From Phycisphaerae bacterium (GTDB lineage: Bacteria; Planctomycetota; Phycisphaerae; Phycisphaerales; SM1A02), in contig VGXJ01000001.1 in NCBI GenBank assembly GCA_016873375.1, positions 1 through 33,297 on the forward strand: DNA of 33,297 nucleotides. Reading direction: 5' to 3'. A model generated the notes under the pieces. The model was not told the origin of the DNA. It searched no databases and saw only the letters and a program-made list of their open reading frames with translations. Every line of letters starts with the position of its first letter. Within the stretch, counting starts at the first letter, position 1. Positions 32,701 through 33,297 of the stretch are shown piece after piece. Both the position numbers and the translations under genes were made by a program.

Positions 32701-33297
32701 ATGGTTTCGCCGGCATGCCGTACGAGGTGATCCTGTGGAACGACCCCAACTCGGATGGACTCCCGGATGACGCGCAGGTCATCGCCCGGGCACCGGCGCG
32801 TGTAAGCGATGGCAACACCAGCATCTTCAACGATGCCCAGATCGAGCCGACGCTCGTCGGTCCGGTGGGCACCCGGTTCTTTGCCGGAGTGCTCTACCAG
32901 GATTCCTACGGCAACCAAGCGGTCATCCCGGCTGACCTCAGCGGCTCGTTGAATCGCAGCTGGATCGCGATCGACGGCATCAACTCGGTCAACCTCAACG
33001 ACCTGTCGGCTGCCGCCATCTACGGGTACCTGACCCAGGCGAACACGCTGTTGCGTGCCAACGGCTTCGATGGAGTGCTGCCGCTCGATTGCAACGGCAA
33101 TGAGATTCCCGACTCGTGCGATCTCGCCAATGGCCAGGGGACCGATGGCAACGGCGATGGCATTCCAGACCAGTGCCAGAGCTGCCCCGCCGACCTCAAC
33201 GGCAATGGGCAGGTCGACGGTGCCGATCTCGGCATCATCCTCGTCAACTGGGGCGGATCCTCGGGTCAAGCCGACTTGAACGGCGACGGCCAGATCG
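29706..33297 (+). CDS. Large secreted multidomain protein (5' partial; more than 1197 aa in window): PA14 + LamG/ConA-like + 2x unassigned domain + Cys-framed TSP3-like repeats + dockerin-like C-terminus
   Basis: This gene is absent from the ORF track because it has no stop inside the window. My hand translation from ATG 29706 stays open to 33297, and I checked the frame at 30483, 31563, 32520 and 33240. N-terminus: [15 protein letters not shown]. PA14 (29898 to about 30330): [57 protein letters not shown]. LamG-like (about 30477-31220): [42 protein letters not shown]. Repeat arrays at 31233-31568 and 32106-32543. Paralogous domains at 31581-32099 and 32565-33086. The dockerin-like module [38 protein letters not shown] starts at 33183 and is cut by the window end. 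Confidence 0.85.
   Translation, partial: [1197 protein letters not shown]
31233..31568 (+). repeat. Array of 7 tandem protein-level repeats, DC[DN]xxGxxDxC[DEQ] (TSP type-3-like Ca-loop framed by two Cys)
   Basis: [84 protein letters not shown], spaced by 1-7 residue linkers. At DNA level this shows as recurring gactgcgac/gattgcaac...cccgac...tgc. Confidence 0.8.
32106..32543 (+). repeat. Second array of about 9 related repeats (some lack one Cys)
   Basis: [106 protein letters not shown]. Confidence 0.75.

Noticed and set aside
26840-33185. Periodic recurrence of gactgcaac/gattgcgac...cccgac...tgc, which could suggest a DNA-level tandem repeat or CRISPR-like array.
   Set aside because: The units are short (about 36 nt), in frame, and variable at synonymous and non-synonymous positions. 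They lie inside continuous ORFs and lack unique spacers of constant length. The periodicity is protein-level (Cys-framed Ca-loop repeats), not a CRISPR or satellite.
1-33297. Search for mobile elements, integrases, tRNA/rRNA genes, toxin-antitoxin pairs, or known defence-system genes that might mark a genomic island.
   Set aside because: No transposase, integrase or recombinase-like ORF was found. I saw no terminal inverted repeats and no tRNA-like cloverleaf in the short spacers, the longest of which is about 96 nt. G+C content and codon bias look uniform across the window, so there is no sequence evidence of recent horizontal acquisition.

Overview
High-G+C (about two-thirds by eye), very gene-dense bacterial chromosomal DNA. 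I see no rRNA, tRNA, CRISPR, transposase or integrase signal. Neighbouring genes often overlap by 4 nt (ATGA/GTGA), which suggests translational coupling.

Layout, left to right:
(1) A minus-strand ECF sigma factor with a probable anti-sigma partner, divergent from a DevC/DevA/DevB-type tripartite ABC exporter.
(2) A minus-strand chain rmlB-rmlD-rmlA-rmlC (dTDP-L-rhamnose pathway), followed 11 nt later by fumC.
(3) A roughly 17 kb glycan assembly and decoration island (8.86-26.2 kb). It starts with a soluble GtrB/DPM1-like GT2 plus a DUF2304-like membrane protein. Next is a nine-gene coupled plus-strand operon: TMTC/PMT-like TPR membrane glycosyltransferase, GT2, an 841-aa polytopic TPR membrane protein, GT2, carbohydrate sulfotransferase, GT2-like, fused ABC exporter, GT8-like, and SAM methyltransferase. 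Then come two tandem paralogous GT2 genes on the minus strand, and finally GT2, GT4 and an alkaline-phosphatase-superfamily enzyme.
(4) Secreted multidomain proteins. One carries 3x PA14. The other carries PA14 + LamG + two copies of an unassigned ~170-aa domain. Both are packed with Cys-framed thrombospondin-type-3-like Ca-loop repeats and end in a Cys-framed dockerin-like module. A 112-aa dockerin-only protein at 8.4-8.8 kb carries the same module.

The three dockerin-module genes share a rare AT-rich pseudo-palindrome (core TTTCYGGAA) in their upstream spacers.

My best candidate for an undescribed system is the combination in (3) and (4): a periplasmic, lipid-carrier-dependent glycosylation and decoration machinery (sulfated, methylated, probably rhamnose-containing glycan, possibly protein O-glycosylation by TMTC-like enzymes), physically and perhaps regulatorily linked to dockerin-tagged PA14 surface proteins. 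This is inference.

All family calls come from motif recognition by eye. No database search, HMM scan or structure prediction was run. The taxonomic impression (Planctomycetota/Phycisphaerae-like) is only a guess from composition and protein architecture.
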